DNA of 64,000 bases. Source: Eledone cirrhosa. Its lineage: Eukaryota. A model generated the notes under the pieces. The model saw only the letters and a list, made by a program, of their open reading frames with translations. It was not told where the DNA came from and ran no database searches. Each line of letters opens with the position of its first letter. The first letter of the stretch is position 1. The DNA lies in contig CAXHJY010000554.1 of NCBI GenBank assembly GCA_964016885.1, positions 1 through 64,000 of the forward strand. Reading direction: 5' to 3'. This document shows positions 1-19,600 of the stretch, in pieces. The translations under genes and the position numbers were made by a program.

Positions 1-2072
<2,072 letters not shown>

Positions 2073-4098
2073 ATCATCATCATCATCATCAACGTTTAAC
2101 GTCCGTGTTCCACGCTTGCATGGGTTTGGACGGGGGTAGTCCCACTTGAGGCAAGAGTGATTGTCTTGCTCGCATAGTACTGTCTGGCAGGTTTTCTACA
2201 GTTGGATGCCCTTCCTAACACCAACCACATTTACAGTGTGGGTCTGGGAGGTTTTTACCGTGTTGCCTACACGACCACATTACAGCGTGGACTGTGTGTT
2301 TTTTTTGTCGTGACACCTACACGATCTCATTTGTTTCGGCCTGGATGGCGCGGCACCAACATAACTTTACATAGAATGGGGTGGTGTGGATGGGGTGGGG
2401 GTGGTGGGACGGGGTGTATTTTGTTAGAGATGCCTACTGGCTGGAGTAGGTTTTACTATATATTTAGGTAGGCGGGTCTTCTCTGTTACTGAGTACCGCC
2501 AAAGGTCTCGGTCCAGTGACATTGTCTTGGAGAGGTGTAAGTGTGTGAGGTCGGAGTTTATCAGCTCGTCCCAGGTTTTTCTAGGTCTGCCTATTCCGTG
2601 ACTACCGTCTATCTTTATTGCCCTGCACTTTGTTATACAGCTATCGACTTTCATGCGCATCACGTGTCCATACCAACGTAGCCTTCTCTCGAGTAAACAA
2701 CATCTGATCCCTCTTATCTATAATTTTTTCCTTAGTTCGTTTATGCTTTGCCGTTCACGTATATTACTGTTACACATCCAGCGGAGCATGCAAGCTTCGT
2801 TCCTCTCTAGTCTGCGTATATCCTCTGCACACAATGCCCAGGTCTCACTGCCATGCAACATTGCTGTTCGTATGCAGGCATCGTAAAACCTGCCTTTCAT
2901 TTTTAGGGAGAACCCTTTAGCAGCTAATAGTGGTATAAGCTCTCTGAACTTTTTCCAACCAGTTCTGACTCTAGCTACAGTACTTTCAGAGCACCCTCCC
3001 CCACTGCTGATTTTATCGCCCAGGTAACGGAAGCTGTCCACTATTTCTATAGAACCCTCTGCGCAATTGAAAGATCTAGTATTTTGTGGGCACTTGCTGC
3101 TACTTATTGCACCAGAGCACCGGCCACATGTAAAATCTGTGTTCTTAGTTAGCTTACCTGTGATCCCACTACATCTTTTATGCACCCATACTTTGCATTT
3201 AGAACATAAAATGGAGTTTCTACCTACGCCTTTCCTACACACCGAGCACGACCATTTCCCAGAAGGGACCGCCGCCTTGTTTTCTTTCCTACAAACTAGA
3301 ACTTTGGTCTTAGCCAGGTTAATTTTAAGTCCTTTTGACTCTAGGCCGTGCTTCCATGTTTGGAATTTCTTCTCTAGCTCGGCCATTGATTCCGCTATGA
3401 GTGTCAGGTCGTCTGCGTATAGGAGTTCCCATGGGCAGCCTGTCTTGAACTCCTCTGTTATAGCCTGAAGGGCAATAATAAATAGTAGGGGGCTGAGAAC
3501 AGAGCCCTGATGGACACCAACTTTTACGCTAAACTCTTCACTATATTCGTTGTTAATTCTAACCTTGCTGACTTTTTCTTTATACATGGCTTGTATAGCC
3601 CTCACAAGCCATTCGTCAACGCCTAGTTTTCTAAGAGCCCACCAGATAATGGAGCGGGGGACTCTGTCGAAGGCTTTCTCCAAGTCGACAAAAGCTAAGT
3701 ATAGGGGTTTACCTTTAGCTAGGAACTTCTCCTGTAGTTGTTGTACTATGAAAAGAGCGTCTGTGGTACTTTTGCCTGACACAAACCCGAACTGCATTTC
3801 ATCTAGGTCAATTCTCTCTCTGATTAGTTGCGCTATTACTTTTTCCGTGACCTTCATGACCTGGTCGATTAATTTAATGCCTCTATAGTTACTCCTATCT
3901 AGGGCGTCTCCTTTACCCTTATAACAGTTAACGATGATGCTGCTATGCCAGTCCTTCGGAACAACCCCATTCTGTACGACTTGGTTAACTATGCGAGTGA
4001 CCATGGTGTGTCCCACCGTGCCAGATGCCTTCAGCATCTCAGCAACTATTTCCGAAGGCCCAGCCGCCTTACCCGTCTTCATATCCTTGATTGCCTTA

Positions 4099-4102
<4 letters not shown>
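2073..4102 (-). mobile_element. 5'-truncated RTE-clade LINE (family A): RT, C-terminus, 3' UTR and (GAT)n tail
   Basis: ORF 2718-4082 has RT motifs KAAGP, NYRGI, QFGF, FVDLEKAFD, GVHQGSVLSPLLF, LLYADD, FRYLG; premature stop near 2718; C-terminal RRLRWYGHVMR and GRPRKTW; (CAT)n at 2073-2090 on +. Confidence 0.93.
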
Positions 4103-4149
<47 letters not shown>

Positions 4150-4252
4150 CATATATATATAATATATATTATATATATATATAATATATATTATATATAT
4201 ATATATATATATACATATATATATAATATATATATATATATATTATATATAT
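4103..4252. repeat. (TA)n tract between two divergent RTE copies
   Basis: Directly visible. Confidence 0.95.
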
Positions 4253-6955
4253 GACCTAAATGGTCACGTTGGACAACATTGTGACGGCTACGACGAAATC
4301 CATGGAGGCTATGGGTTTGGTACTAGAAATGAGGAAGGCTCCAGAATCCTGGAATTCTGTGACGCAAATAACCTAACTATCTGTAACACTAACTTCAAAA
4401 AACGTGACAATCACCTGATCACCTATAGATCCGGGGAACACACAAGCCAGGTAGATTATATCTTTACCAGAAGACGTGACAGAGTGTCTGTTGTAAACAC
4501 TAAATCCCTCCCCCATGAAGAATGCACCTCCCAACATAGACTGATAATTAGCGACCTCATAGTCAGGAGGAGACGTACTCGACAGCAGAAGAGGACTATC
4601 CTCAGGAGAAAAATATGGAAGCTAAAGGACCCCACAGCCAGAAATAAATTTCAAAGCATATTACTTGATGCTTTCGACAGTAAGGAAGAGCATTTAGAGT
4701 CGGACAATATAGAGGGACAGTGGGAATTTCTGAAAGCAAACGTGCTGATGGCGACAGACAAAGTCTGTGGCTGGAGCAGGCCTATAGGCAGGAGGAGAGT
4801 AACATGGTGGTGGAACAGTAAGGTGGAGGGGTCAATTAAGGCCAAAAAGCGGGCTTGGAAAGTATGGCGGGATGGGGGAAGTAGAGAAGACTATCAAGTG
4901 GCCAGGTGGGAAGCTAGGAGACAAGTGTACTTCGCAAGAAGGGAAGCAGAGGAGAGAAAGTTCAAGCATATTCTACAACGCGAGGACCAAAAACGTGAGG
5001 TGTTTAGGATTGCTAGGCAATGTGTCAAGGAAAACCGTGATATTGTCGGGGAGAAGTGTGTACTTAATGATGATGGCATACTTGCCATCATTGACGCTGA
5101 TAAGAAGGTAGCTTGGAAGTGTCACTACGAAAGGCTACTAAATGAGGAGAATAAATGGGAGAAAGACAGTCTCCCCCACATCGACCCAATAGAGGGACCA
5201 GCAATGTTAGTCGAGGGTAGTATAATAAGTAAGGCAATCAAGGATATGAAGACGGGTAAGGCGGCTGGACCTTCGGAAATAGTTGCTGAGATGCTGAAGG
5301 CATCTGGCACGGTGGGACACACCATGGTCACCCGGATAGTTAACCAAGTCGTACAGAATGGGGTTGTTCCGAAGGACTGGCATAGCAGCATCATCGTTAA
5401 CTGTTATAAGGGTAAAGGAGATGCCCTAGATAGGAGTAACTATAGAAGCATTAAATTAATCGACCAGGTCATGAAGGTCACGGAAAAAGTAATAGCGCAA
5501 CTAATCAGAGAGAGAATTGACCTAGATGAAATGCAGTTCGGGTTTGTGTCAGGCAAAAGTACCACAGACGCTCTTTTCATTGTACGACAACTACAGGAGA
5601 AGTACCTAGCTAAAGGTAAACCCCTATACTTAGCTTTTGTCGACTTGGAGAAAGCCTTCGACAGAGTCCCCCGTTCCATTATCTGGTGGGCCCTTAGAAA
5701 ACTAGGTGTCGACGAATGGCTTGTGAGAGCTATACAAGCCATGTATAAAGAAACAGTCAGCAAGGTTAGAATTAACAACGAATATAGTGAAGAGTTTAGC
5801 GTAAAAGTTGGCGTCCATCAGGGCTCTGTTCTCAGCCCCCTACTATTTATTATTGCCCTTCAGGCTATAACAGAGGAGTTCAAGACCGGCTGCCCATGGG
5901 AACTCCTATACCCAGACGACCTGACACTCATAGCTGAATCAATGGCCGAGCTAGAGAAGAAATTCCAAACATGGAAGCACGGCCTAGAATCAAAAGGCCT
6001 TAAAATTAACCTGGCTAAGACTAAAGTTCTAGTTTGTAGGAAAGAAAATAAGGCGCTGGTCCCTTCCGGGAAATGGCCATACTCAGTGTGTAGGAAAGGC
6101 GTAGGTAGAAACTCCATTTTATGTCCCAAATGCAAAGTATGGGTGCATAAAAGATGTAGTGGGATCACAGGTAAGCTAACTAAGAACATAGATTTTACAT
6201 GTGGCCGGTGCTCTGGTGCAATAAGTAGCAGCAAGTGCCCACAAAATACTAGCTCTTACAACGGCGCAGAGGGCTCTATAGAAATAGTGGACAGCTTCCG
6301 TTACCTGGGTGATAAAATCAGCAGTGGGGGAGGGTGCTCTGAAAGTACAGTAGCTAGAGTCAGGACTGGATGGAAAAAGTTCAGAGAGCTTATACCACTA
6401 TTAGCCGCTAAAGGCTTCTCCCTAAAAATGAAAGGCAGGCTGTACGATGCCTGCATACGAACAGCAATGTTGCATGGCAGTGAGACCTGGGCATTGTGTG
6501 CAGAGGATATACGCAGACTAGAGAGAAACGAAGCTTGCATGCTCCGCTGGATGTGTAATAGTAATATACGTGAACGACAAAGCATAAACAAACTAAGGAA
6601 AAAATTAGAAATAAGAGGGATCAGATGTTGTTTACTTGAGAGAAGGCTACGTTGGTATGGACACGTGATGCGCATGAAAGTCGATAGCTGTATAACAAAG
6701 TGCAGGGCAATAAAGATAGACGGTAGCCACGGAATAGGCAGACCTAGAAAAACCTGGGACGAGCTGATAAACTCCGACCTCACACACTTACACCTCTCCA
6801 AGACAATGTCACTGGACCGAGACCTTTGGCGGTACTCAGTAATAGAGAAGACCCGCCTTACCTAAATACAAAGTAAAACCTACTACAGCCAGTAGGCATC
6901 TCTAACAAAATACACCCCCGTCCCATCCATAAACGTTGATGATGATGATGATGAT
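4253..6955 (+). mobile_element. RTE family A copy: C-terminal part of APE endonuclease plus RT, long open frame to 6865, internally deleted 3' UTR
   Basis: Frame is open from DLNGHVG (4253) through SQVDYI, SQHRL and the RT motifs; the catalytic motif reads YPDD where sister copies have YADD; 3' UTR jumps to AAACGTT(GAT)n at about 6930. Confidence 0.93.
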
Positions 6956-6990
6956 ATACATATATATATACTATATATAAATATATACAT

Positions 6991-8270
6991 ATCATCATCA
7001 TCATCATCATCAACGTTTAACGTCCGTGTTCCACGCTTGCATGGGTTTGGACGGGGGTAGTCCCACTTGAGGCAAGAGTGATTGTCTTGCTCGCATAGGA
7101 CTGTCTGGCAGGTTTTCTACAGTTGGATGCCCTTCCTAACACCAACCACATTTACAGTGTGGGTCTGGGAGGTTTTTACCGTGTTGCCTACACGGCCACA
7201 TTACAGCGTGGACTGTGTGTTTTTTTGTCGTGACACCTACACGATCTCATTTGTTTCGGCCCGGATGGCGCGGCACCAACATAACTTTACATAGGACGGG
7301 GTGGTGTGGATGGGGTGGGGGTGGTGGTGGTGGGACGGGGTGTATTTTGTTAGAGATGCCTACTGGCAAGGCGGGTCTTCTCTGTTACTGAGTACCGCCA
7401 AAGGTCTCGGTCCAGTGACATTGTCTTGGAGAGGTGTAAGTGTGTGAGGTCGGAGTTTATCAGCTCGTCCCAGGTTTTTCTAGGTCTGCCTATTCCGTGG
7501 CTACCGTCTATCTTTATTGCCCTGCACTTTGTTATACAGCTATCGACTTTCATGCGCATCACGTGTCCATACCAACGTAGCCTTCTCTCGAGTAAACAAC
7601 ATCTGATCCCTCTTATCTCTAATTTTTTCCTTAGTTCGTTTATGCTTTGCCGTTCACGTATATTACTGTTACACATCCAGCGGAGCATGCAAGCTTCGTT
7701 CCTCTCTAGTCTGCGTATATCCTCTGCACACAATGCCCAGGTCTCACTGCCATGCAACATTGCTGTTCGTATGCAGGCATCGTACAACCTGCCTTTCATT
7801 TTTAGGGAGAACCCTTTAGCAGCTAATAGTGGTATAAGCTCTCTGAACTTTTTCCAACCAGTTCTGACTCTAGCTACAGTACTTTCAGAGCACCCTCCCC
7901 CACTGCTGATTTTATCGCCCAGGTAACGGAAGCTGTCCACTATTTCTATAGAACCCTCTGCGCAATTGAAAGAGCTAGTATTGTGTGGGCACTTGCTGCT
8001 ACTTATTGCACCAGAACACCGGCCACATGTAAAATCTATGTTCTTAGTTAGCTTACCTGTGATCCCACTACATCTTTTATGCACCCATACTTTGCATTTA
8101 GGACACAAAATGGAGTTTCTACCTACGCCTTTCCTACACACCGAGCACGACCATTTCCCAGAAGGGACCGCCGCCTTGTTTTCTTTCCTACAAACTAGAA
8201 CTTTGGTCTTAGCCAGGTTAATTTTAAGTCCTTTTGACTCTAGGCCGTGCTTCCATGTTTGGAATTTCTT
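6991..8270 (-). mobile_element. 5'-truncated RTE family A copy
   Basis: (CAT)n tail at 6991, same 3' UTR as 2090-2470, ORF 7350-8141 matches the RT C-terminal region. Confidence 0.92.
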
Positions 8271-8281
8271 ATATTATATAT

Positions 8282-8355
<74 letters not shown>

Positions 8356-8396
8356 TATACATATATATATAATATATATATATATATATTATATAT

Positions 8397-8427
<31 letters not shown>

Positions 8428-8516
8428 GTATATATTATACATATATATATTATATATTATATATTATATATATGTATATATTATACATATATATATAATA
8501 TATATATATTATATAT

Positions 8517-8565
<49 letters not shown>

Positions 8566-8576
8566 TATATATTATT

Positions 8577-8615
<39 letters not shown>

Positions 8616-8617
8616 TA

Positions 8618-8699
<82 letters not shown>

Positions 8700-8706
8700 C
8701 ACACAC

Positions 8707-8753
<47 letters not shown>

Positions 8754-8822
8754 CACACACATGTATATATATATAGATATATAGATATATAGATATATAC
8801 ATATATATATATATACACACAC

Positions 8823-8893
<71 letters not shown>

Positions 8894-8894
8894 A
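8271..8894. repeat. (TA)n tract
   Basis: Directly visible. Confidence 0.95.
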
Positions 8895-10054
8895 AGTATT
8901 GAAGTTTCCGTTGAAAATTGAAGAAGTCATAGGAGTGAAGAGTGCTCTATGTAAGTACCAGAGCAAAATTTAATGTATTATAAACAATACAATATAATTA
9001 CCTCATTACCAGAGGTTTCCCGAATAAGACGAATACGAAAAACGTCCCCATTCGTTCATCGGACAAGGCAATATAAAACATAGTGAAATATTTGAAAAGT
9101 CTCCTCAAGAAAGGCAAGAGTTTAACGGGCAAAAAATATATAAATAAAAGTAATGCAAGAATAAAAAAATAAGGGAATATAGTTAGGGTATGTGTATATG
9201 TTTGTGTATACACTCACAAATGTACATATGTGTGTATGTACAAATGCATGTGTATGGTGAAAATGTGTGCGTAAGTACATATATGAGGGCAAGTATATTT
9301 GTGTATATGAGACACAAATACGTATATAATATGAGTTGAAAAAGAAATTGTAAGATAATATAGTTAACACGCATCCAGATACAGGTATTAAATACACATA
9401 CGAGTATGAAAGCACGCGTATGAACATACACACGCACGCGGTCACTTATATGCGGAAGATAAAGAGGTAATGGAGTGTAATAGTAAAAAGATGTGTCGTT
9501 CTCGATATATGTATAAAAATGAAACAATATATGAGAATGAAAATTTTTTTTTTTTTTTTAAAATCAAAGAGAAAGTAATCAATTAACACTAGAGAAAAGA
9601 AAACAAACATAGGTACGAACGTACACACACATATATATATATATAAATATTTATTCACACAAATACATACAGACAAAAGCACATGCATGCGTACATACAT
9701 ACACACGAGGCATGTATATATATATATATATATATATATCGCTACATGTATATCTAATCACACGTACGTACGCGACTATATATATATATACATATATACA
9801 TACACACCCATACATACATATACAAATACACACATATACATACACATACACATACATTCACCCGCATACACACACACACGTATAAATAAGTATGTAAAAA
9901 ACATAGATATAAAAAACATAGATATAAAAACACACATACACACACATATATATACGTACGCACGCACACATACGGAGGCGTTCGTATACATATACAGAAC
10001 GTATACACACATATGTACACTCACACGCATAGATACAGATTATAAACCGGCCGT

Positions 10055-10388
10055 ATGAATAAATGAATGTGTTGAGAGAGAAACTGTGTCTGAGAAGGAT
10101 AGAATGTAGTGTGCGAGAGAGGAGACTGAGGTGGTATGGACACGTGACGTGCATGGAGGATGACTGATGGGTGAAGAAATGCCAGGAAATGCCAGTTGAA
10201 GGAAGACGTGGTAGAGGTAGACCACGAAAAACATGGGTGGAGGTGGTGAAAACAGACCTCAGAATTCTGAAGCTCACGGTGGAGATGACGACGGACCGTG
10301 ACAACTGGAGAGATGCTGTGCTGAATAAGACCCGTCCCACCCTTGCAAGCAGGGAAAAGCGGACGTAAAATGATGATGATGATGATGT
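10055..10388 (+). mobile_element. 3' fragment of a second RTE family (B) with (GAT)n tail
   Basis: RRLRWYGHV...KKCQEMPVEGRRGRGRPRKTW...DRDNWR, then CCCGTCCCACCCTTGCAAGCAGGG...(GAT)n. Confidence 0.8.
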
Positions 10389-10451
10389 ATACATATATAT
10401 AGTTATGTATGTATGTATACATATATATATTTATGTATGTATGTATATATA

Positions 10452-11115
10452 CATCATCATCATCATCATCATCATCATCAGGTTTAGCGTCCGTGTTCCA
10501 CGCTTGCATGGGTTTGGACGGGGGTTTTCCCACTTGAGGCAAGAGTGGTTGTCTTGCTCGCATAGGACTGTCTGGCGGGTTTTCTACAGTTGGATGCCCT
10601 TCCTAACACCAACCACATTTACAGTGTGGGGCTGGGAGGTTTTTACCATGTTGCCTACACGGCCACATTACAGCGTGGACTGTCTGGCGGGTTTTCTACA
10701 GCTGGATGCCCTTCCTAACACCAACCACATTTACAGTGTGGGGCTGGGAGGTTTTTACCGTGTTGCCTACACGGCCACATTTACAGCGTGGACTGTGTGT
10801 TTTTTTGTCGTGACACCTACACGATCTCATTTGTTTCGGCCTGGATGTTGTGGGACCAACATAACTTTACATTGAAAGGGGCGGTGTGGATGGGGTGGAG
10901 GTGGTGGGACCGGGGGTGTTTTGATAGAGATGCCTACTGACTGTAGTAGGTTTTTACTTTGTATTTAGGTAAGGCGGGTCTTCTCTATTACTGAGTACCG
11001 CCAAAGGTCTCAGTCCAGTGACATTGTCTTGGAGAGGTGTGTGTGAGGTCGGAATTTATCAGCTCGTCCCATGTTTTTCTGGGTCTGCCTACTCCGTGGC
11101 TACCGTCTATCTTTA
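10452..11115 (-). mobile_element. 3' fragment of RTE family A with an internal ~110-bp tandem duplication in the 3' UTR
   Basis: (CAT)n tail; GGACTGTCTGGCGGGTTTTCTACAG...CAGCGTGGAC occurs at about 10566 and again at about 10677. Confidence 0.87.
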
Positions 11116-11199
11116 TATATTTATGTATGTATGTATACATATATATATTTATAGTATAAATACATGCTAGCGTGGAAGATAGACGTTAAACGTTGATGA

Positions 11200-12130
11200 T
11201 GTTGAAAATATATAGTACTGTACAGTATTACTGTTGAAAATATATTGTATAGTATAGTATTACTGTTGAAATATATAGTATAGTATTACTGTTGAAAATA
11301 TATAGTATAATATTACTGTTGAAAATATATAGTATAGTATTACTGTTAAAAATATATAGTACAGTATTACTGTTGAAAACATATAGTATAGTACAGTATT
11401 ACTGTTGAACATATATAGTACAGTATTACTGTTGAAAACATATAGTGTAGTATTACTGTTGAAAATATATGGTATAGTATTACTGTTGAAAATATATAGT
11501 ATAGTATTACTGTTGAAAATATATAGTATAGTATTACTGTTGAATACATATAGTATAGTATAATATTACTGTTGAAAATATATATTATAGTATAGTATCA
11601 CTGTTGAAAATATGTAGTATAGTATTACTGTTGAAAATATATAGTATAGTATGACTGTTGAAAATATATAGTATAGTATAGTATTAATGTTGAAAATATA
11701 TAGTACAGTACAGTATTACTGTTGAAAATATATAGTGTAGTACAGTATTACTGTTGAAAATATATATAATATTACTGTTGAAAATATATAGTATAGTATT
11801 ACTGTTAAAAATATATAGTACAGTATTACTGTTGAAAATATATAGTATAGTACAGTATTACTAAACATATATAGTACAGTATTACTGTTGAAAATATGTA
11901 GTATAGTATTACTGTTGAAAATATATAGTACAGTACAGTATTACTGTTGAAAATATATAGCATAGTATAGTATTACTGTTGAAAATATATAGTACAGTAT
12001 TACTGTTGAAAATATATAGTATTGTATAATATTACTGTTGAAAACATATAGTATAGTATGACTGTTGAATACATATAGTATAGTATCACTGTTGAAAATA
12101 TATAGTACAGTATTACTGTTGAAAATATGT
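11200..12130. repeat. Minisatellite, unit ~27-32 bp (GTATTACTGTTGAAAATATATAGTATA, with or without an extra GTACA/GTATA)
   Basis: About 30 imperfect tandem copies directly visible. Confidence 0.95.
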
Positions 12131-12771
12131 ACACAAATATATAATTATATATATATATTCTCGTTTGGTGTGTGGATACTTGTGACGTTTGTGTTGTTGT
12201 TGTCTTTATTGTTGCTGTTGTTGTCGTTGTTGTTGTTGTTTTCAGTTTCTTCGATGCCTTCCCTATTGAAATGAGGTTGTCCTCGTCTAAATTGAGGAAA
12301 CCGTTTATATATAATTAATTAAAAGTTGGTTAGAAGCGAAGTCAATGCAGAGAGGCAGACAGATATTATAAGCGTACAACGTTATAGCTATGTATCTATC
12401 TAAAATGACAGAGTAAGAAAGAGAGAGGAATGTTGTATTATATATACTATATATAATAAAGTACCAGTAATGTATTGCTCACTTTCTTCCTTGGAAAAAG
12501 TTACATCTATGGTGCAAATTTGGTGCTGTTTGGCCAAAAGTTTGTTACATACATAGATACATACATACATACATACATACGGCCGTCAGCTTTATTAATA
12601 TAGATATATTTATGTATGTATATATACATATATATATATTTATGTATGTATATATACATATATATGTATGTATATATATATATACATATATATTTATGTA
12701 TGTATATATACATATATATATGTATGTATATATATATATATGTATGTATGTATATATACATATATATATGT

Positions 12772-16627
<3,856 letters not shown>

Positions 16628-16694
16628 TATATGTATGTATATATACATATATATATTTATGTATGTATATATACATATATATATTTATGTATGT

Positions 16695-19600
16695 GTCAGG
16701 TTGCTCTCGAGTGCTACTGGTAACATGTAACCCAGTACTACCTGTCTCATGGTCGGGTCATCGGTGACTAAACCAGCAACCCCACCAAGCTTGCTTGGTG
16801 AGGAGGGTGATATTTGGACATGCTGCGGGATGAAATACAAGACCCGGCAACAAAGGGTGGAGGAACTCAGCAGAGTCAACGACCATCCAAATAGTACTTT
16901 TTTTTTTTTTTTTTTTACCTGGGAGAGAAGGGGCCCCTGTTGTTGTCACAACACCTTTCTAGGAGAGGGAAACTCTGAAAAAAAACCTGTGGCTTTGGAA
17001 GCATCCGATGATGTTGACCATTTCTCCTTTTCGGGTAGTGTTTTCGATGCTCAGAGAGTGGGATTGGTCGCGTGCAAAGCCTTTCCCCACTTAAAAAACC
17101 TTCAAAGCACAGACATCGCTTGTTCAGGATCTGTTACAGGTTCATGTGGCTGGCCGTAGTCTAAAAGTGCACCAAACTCTATGATGACAGATGATAACCT
17201 TGAAGTCAATGGCAGTAAGGGCTCTGGAACTTATTGTGAAGGGGTCTGGCCTGGCAGGTGTCCCATGGTACCGCAACGTGGGCCCGGTCATCATCCTACA
17301 ACTGCAAGGAGGTTCAAACCTCTGAATATTGGATGTTGGAATGTAAGAACTTTACTGGATTCCCAGTCCAGTAAAACTCGCCCTGAAAGAAGATCTGCTT
17401 TGGTGTCGAGGGAACTCGATCGCTATAGCATGGACATCGTTGCTCCTTCAGAAATGAGATTGGCAGGTGAGGGTCAATTCACAAAACAGAAGGGAGGATA
17501 TACCTTCTATTGGAGTGGTGGAGCAGAGGGTTGTAGGAGAGAGGCAGGGGTCGCATTTGCAGTCAGGAATGGAATCGTCTCAAAGCTGGAAAATCTTCCT
17601 TGTGGATTCAATGATCGGATAATGTCCATGAGAGTCCCTCTGATTCAAAACCGCTTTGTGACTCTGGTCAGTGTGTATGTTCCTACTATGTGTGCTAGTG
17701 ATGATGAAAAACTAAGTTTCTACATGTCTTTGAGAGAGGTCATCCATGGTATACCTTATGCAGACAAGATTGTCATCCTTGGTGATTTTAATGCACGTGT
17801 TGGTAATGACTGGGAAGCTTGGAGTGTGATGGGCAGGCATGGAGTAGGTAAGTACAATAACAATGGACTACCTCTGTTGCAGATGTGCACTGAGATGGAT
17901 CTTGTTGTTGGGAACATGCTCTTTCAGCAGAAAGACAAATATAAGACAACTTGGATGCATCCAGGTTCCAAGAAGTGGCACCTTATTGACTTTGTTTTAA
18001 CGAGAAAATGTGATATCAGGGATATCACGTTGGTTCGTGTATTGTGAGGCATGGAATGTTGGACTGATCATCGTCTGGTGCGCGCCAAGTTTCAATTTGT
18101 TGTGAAGCCCAAAGTAAGGGGGAAGAAGGTTGCACTTTCAAAACAACTAAACGTAGCTCGTCTGAAAACAGAGAAAGTCAGAGCTGAGCTGTCGAGGTCC
18201 CTTGGGTCCATGGAATGTGAAAACACTTGGGAATCATTGAAGAAAACCGTCTATGATGTTAGTGCTGGACTTTTGGGTCATACCAATAGAAAGCATAAAG
18301 ACTAGTTCGATGAAAATGATCCAGTGATCCAGACCTTGCTTGAAGAGAAACAAAAAGTGCTGACATCATTGTTGTGTGAGACACGTTCTGACGGGAGTGA
18401 CCGGACCTTCAGGCAGATCAAGGCACGTGTGCAACATCGATTGAGAGCCATGCAGGATACCTGGTTGAGCCAAAAGGCTGATGAAATCCAGAAGGCCTCA
18501 GATAGACATGATACAAAGCTCCTATACAGTCTGCTCAGGGAGGTGTATGGTCCGACCGGTTCACTTTGCTCCGGGGACAACAAGGAATTGCTCAGAGATC
18601 CGAAGGAAATCCTGATCAGGTGGGATGACCACTTTGATGAGCTTCTCAACAGATCATCAGAAATTGATGATGAGTTCATCTGGTCGATTCCATCCAGACC
18701 TATAAAGCTGGCAGTGGCTGATCCTCCTTCATTTGATGAGGTGGCGAAGGCCATTGCCAAATTAAACAGCGACAAGTCACCTGGAATGGATGGACTGAGT
18801 GACGAGATTTTCAAGTGTGCTGGTGATAACTTCTTAAACCGCCTCACTGATCTCTTTGTGAATGTTTGGAATGAAGAAGATGTGCCACAAGATTGGAAAG
18901 ATGCATTGATGGTGGTACTTTACAAAGGAAAGGGAGCCAAAGATGACTGTGGCAACTACAGAGGTATTTCACTGCTATCTATGGCTGGGAAGATCTTGTG
19001 CAGGATATTGTTGGACAGATTGATACAGCACATTGCTGTTGAGGTACTTCCTGAGTCCCAATGTGGAATGGCAGAGGCAATAGGAATGGCAGAAGCACTG
19101 TTGACATGATCTTCTAAGCCAAACAACTTCAAAAGAAATGCATTGAGCAGTGCATGGACTTATACCAAGTTTTTGTCGATCTGACCAAGGCATTTGACAT
19201 CGTTAATTGGAAGGCGTTGTGGATTATTTTGGAGAGATTGGGCTGTCCTAAAAAGTTTGTGAACATTCTGAAACTCTTCCACCATGACATGCAGGCATGG
19301 GTGAATGTTGGAGGCAAACTGTCTGAGCCAATCTTGGTTGAAAATGGTGTCAAGCAGGGTGATATACCTGCACCGACTTTGTTTGTCTTGTATTTCATGA
19401 TGGTGTTCTTCATGGCCTTCAAGAATTGTCAACACGGTATTTATCTCAGATATCGCACTTCCGGCAAGCTGTTTAACCTAGGGCGTCTTACTGCCAACAC
19501 TAAGTTACTGAGTACCTTGATCAGAGAATTTTTATATGCAGATGATTGTGATCTCTTTGCACACTCCCAGAGTGACAAGCAACACCTTATGGATTCTTTT

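Noticed and set aside
4484-6865. Active autonomous retrotransposon or host gene
   Set aside because: 5'-truncated within the endonuclease, YADD changed to YPDD, and the 3' UTR is partly deleted
8998-9130. Possible minus-strand exon ending GAG|GTAATT (MGTFFVFVLFGKPLVMR)
   Set aside because: No recognisable domain or partner exon
11200-12130. CRISPR-like regular repeats containing GTTGAAA
   Set aside because: No unique spacers, eukaryotic context and no cas genes; a plain minisatellite
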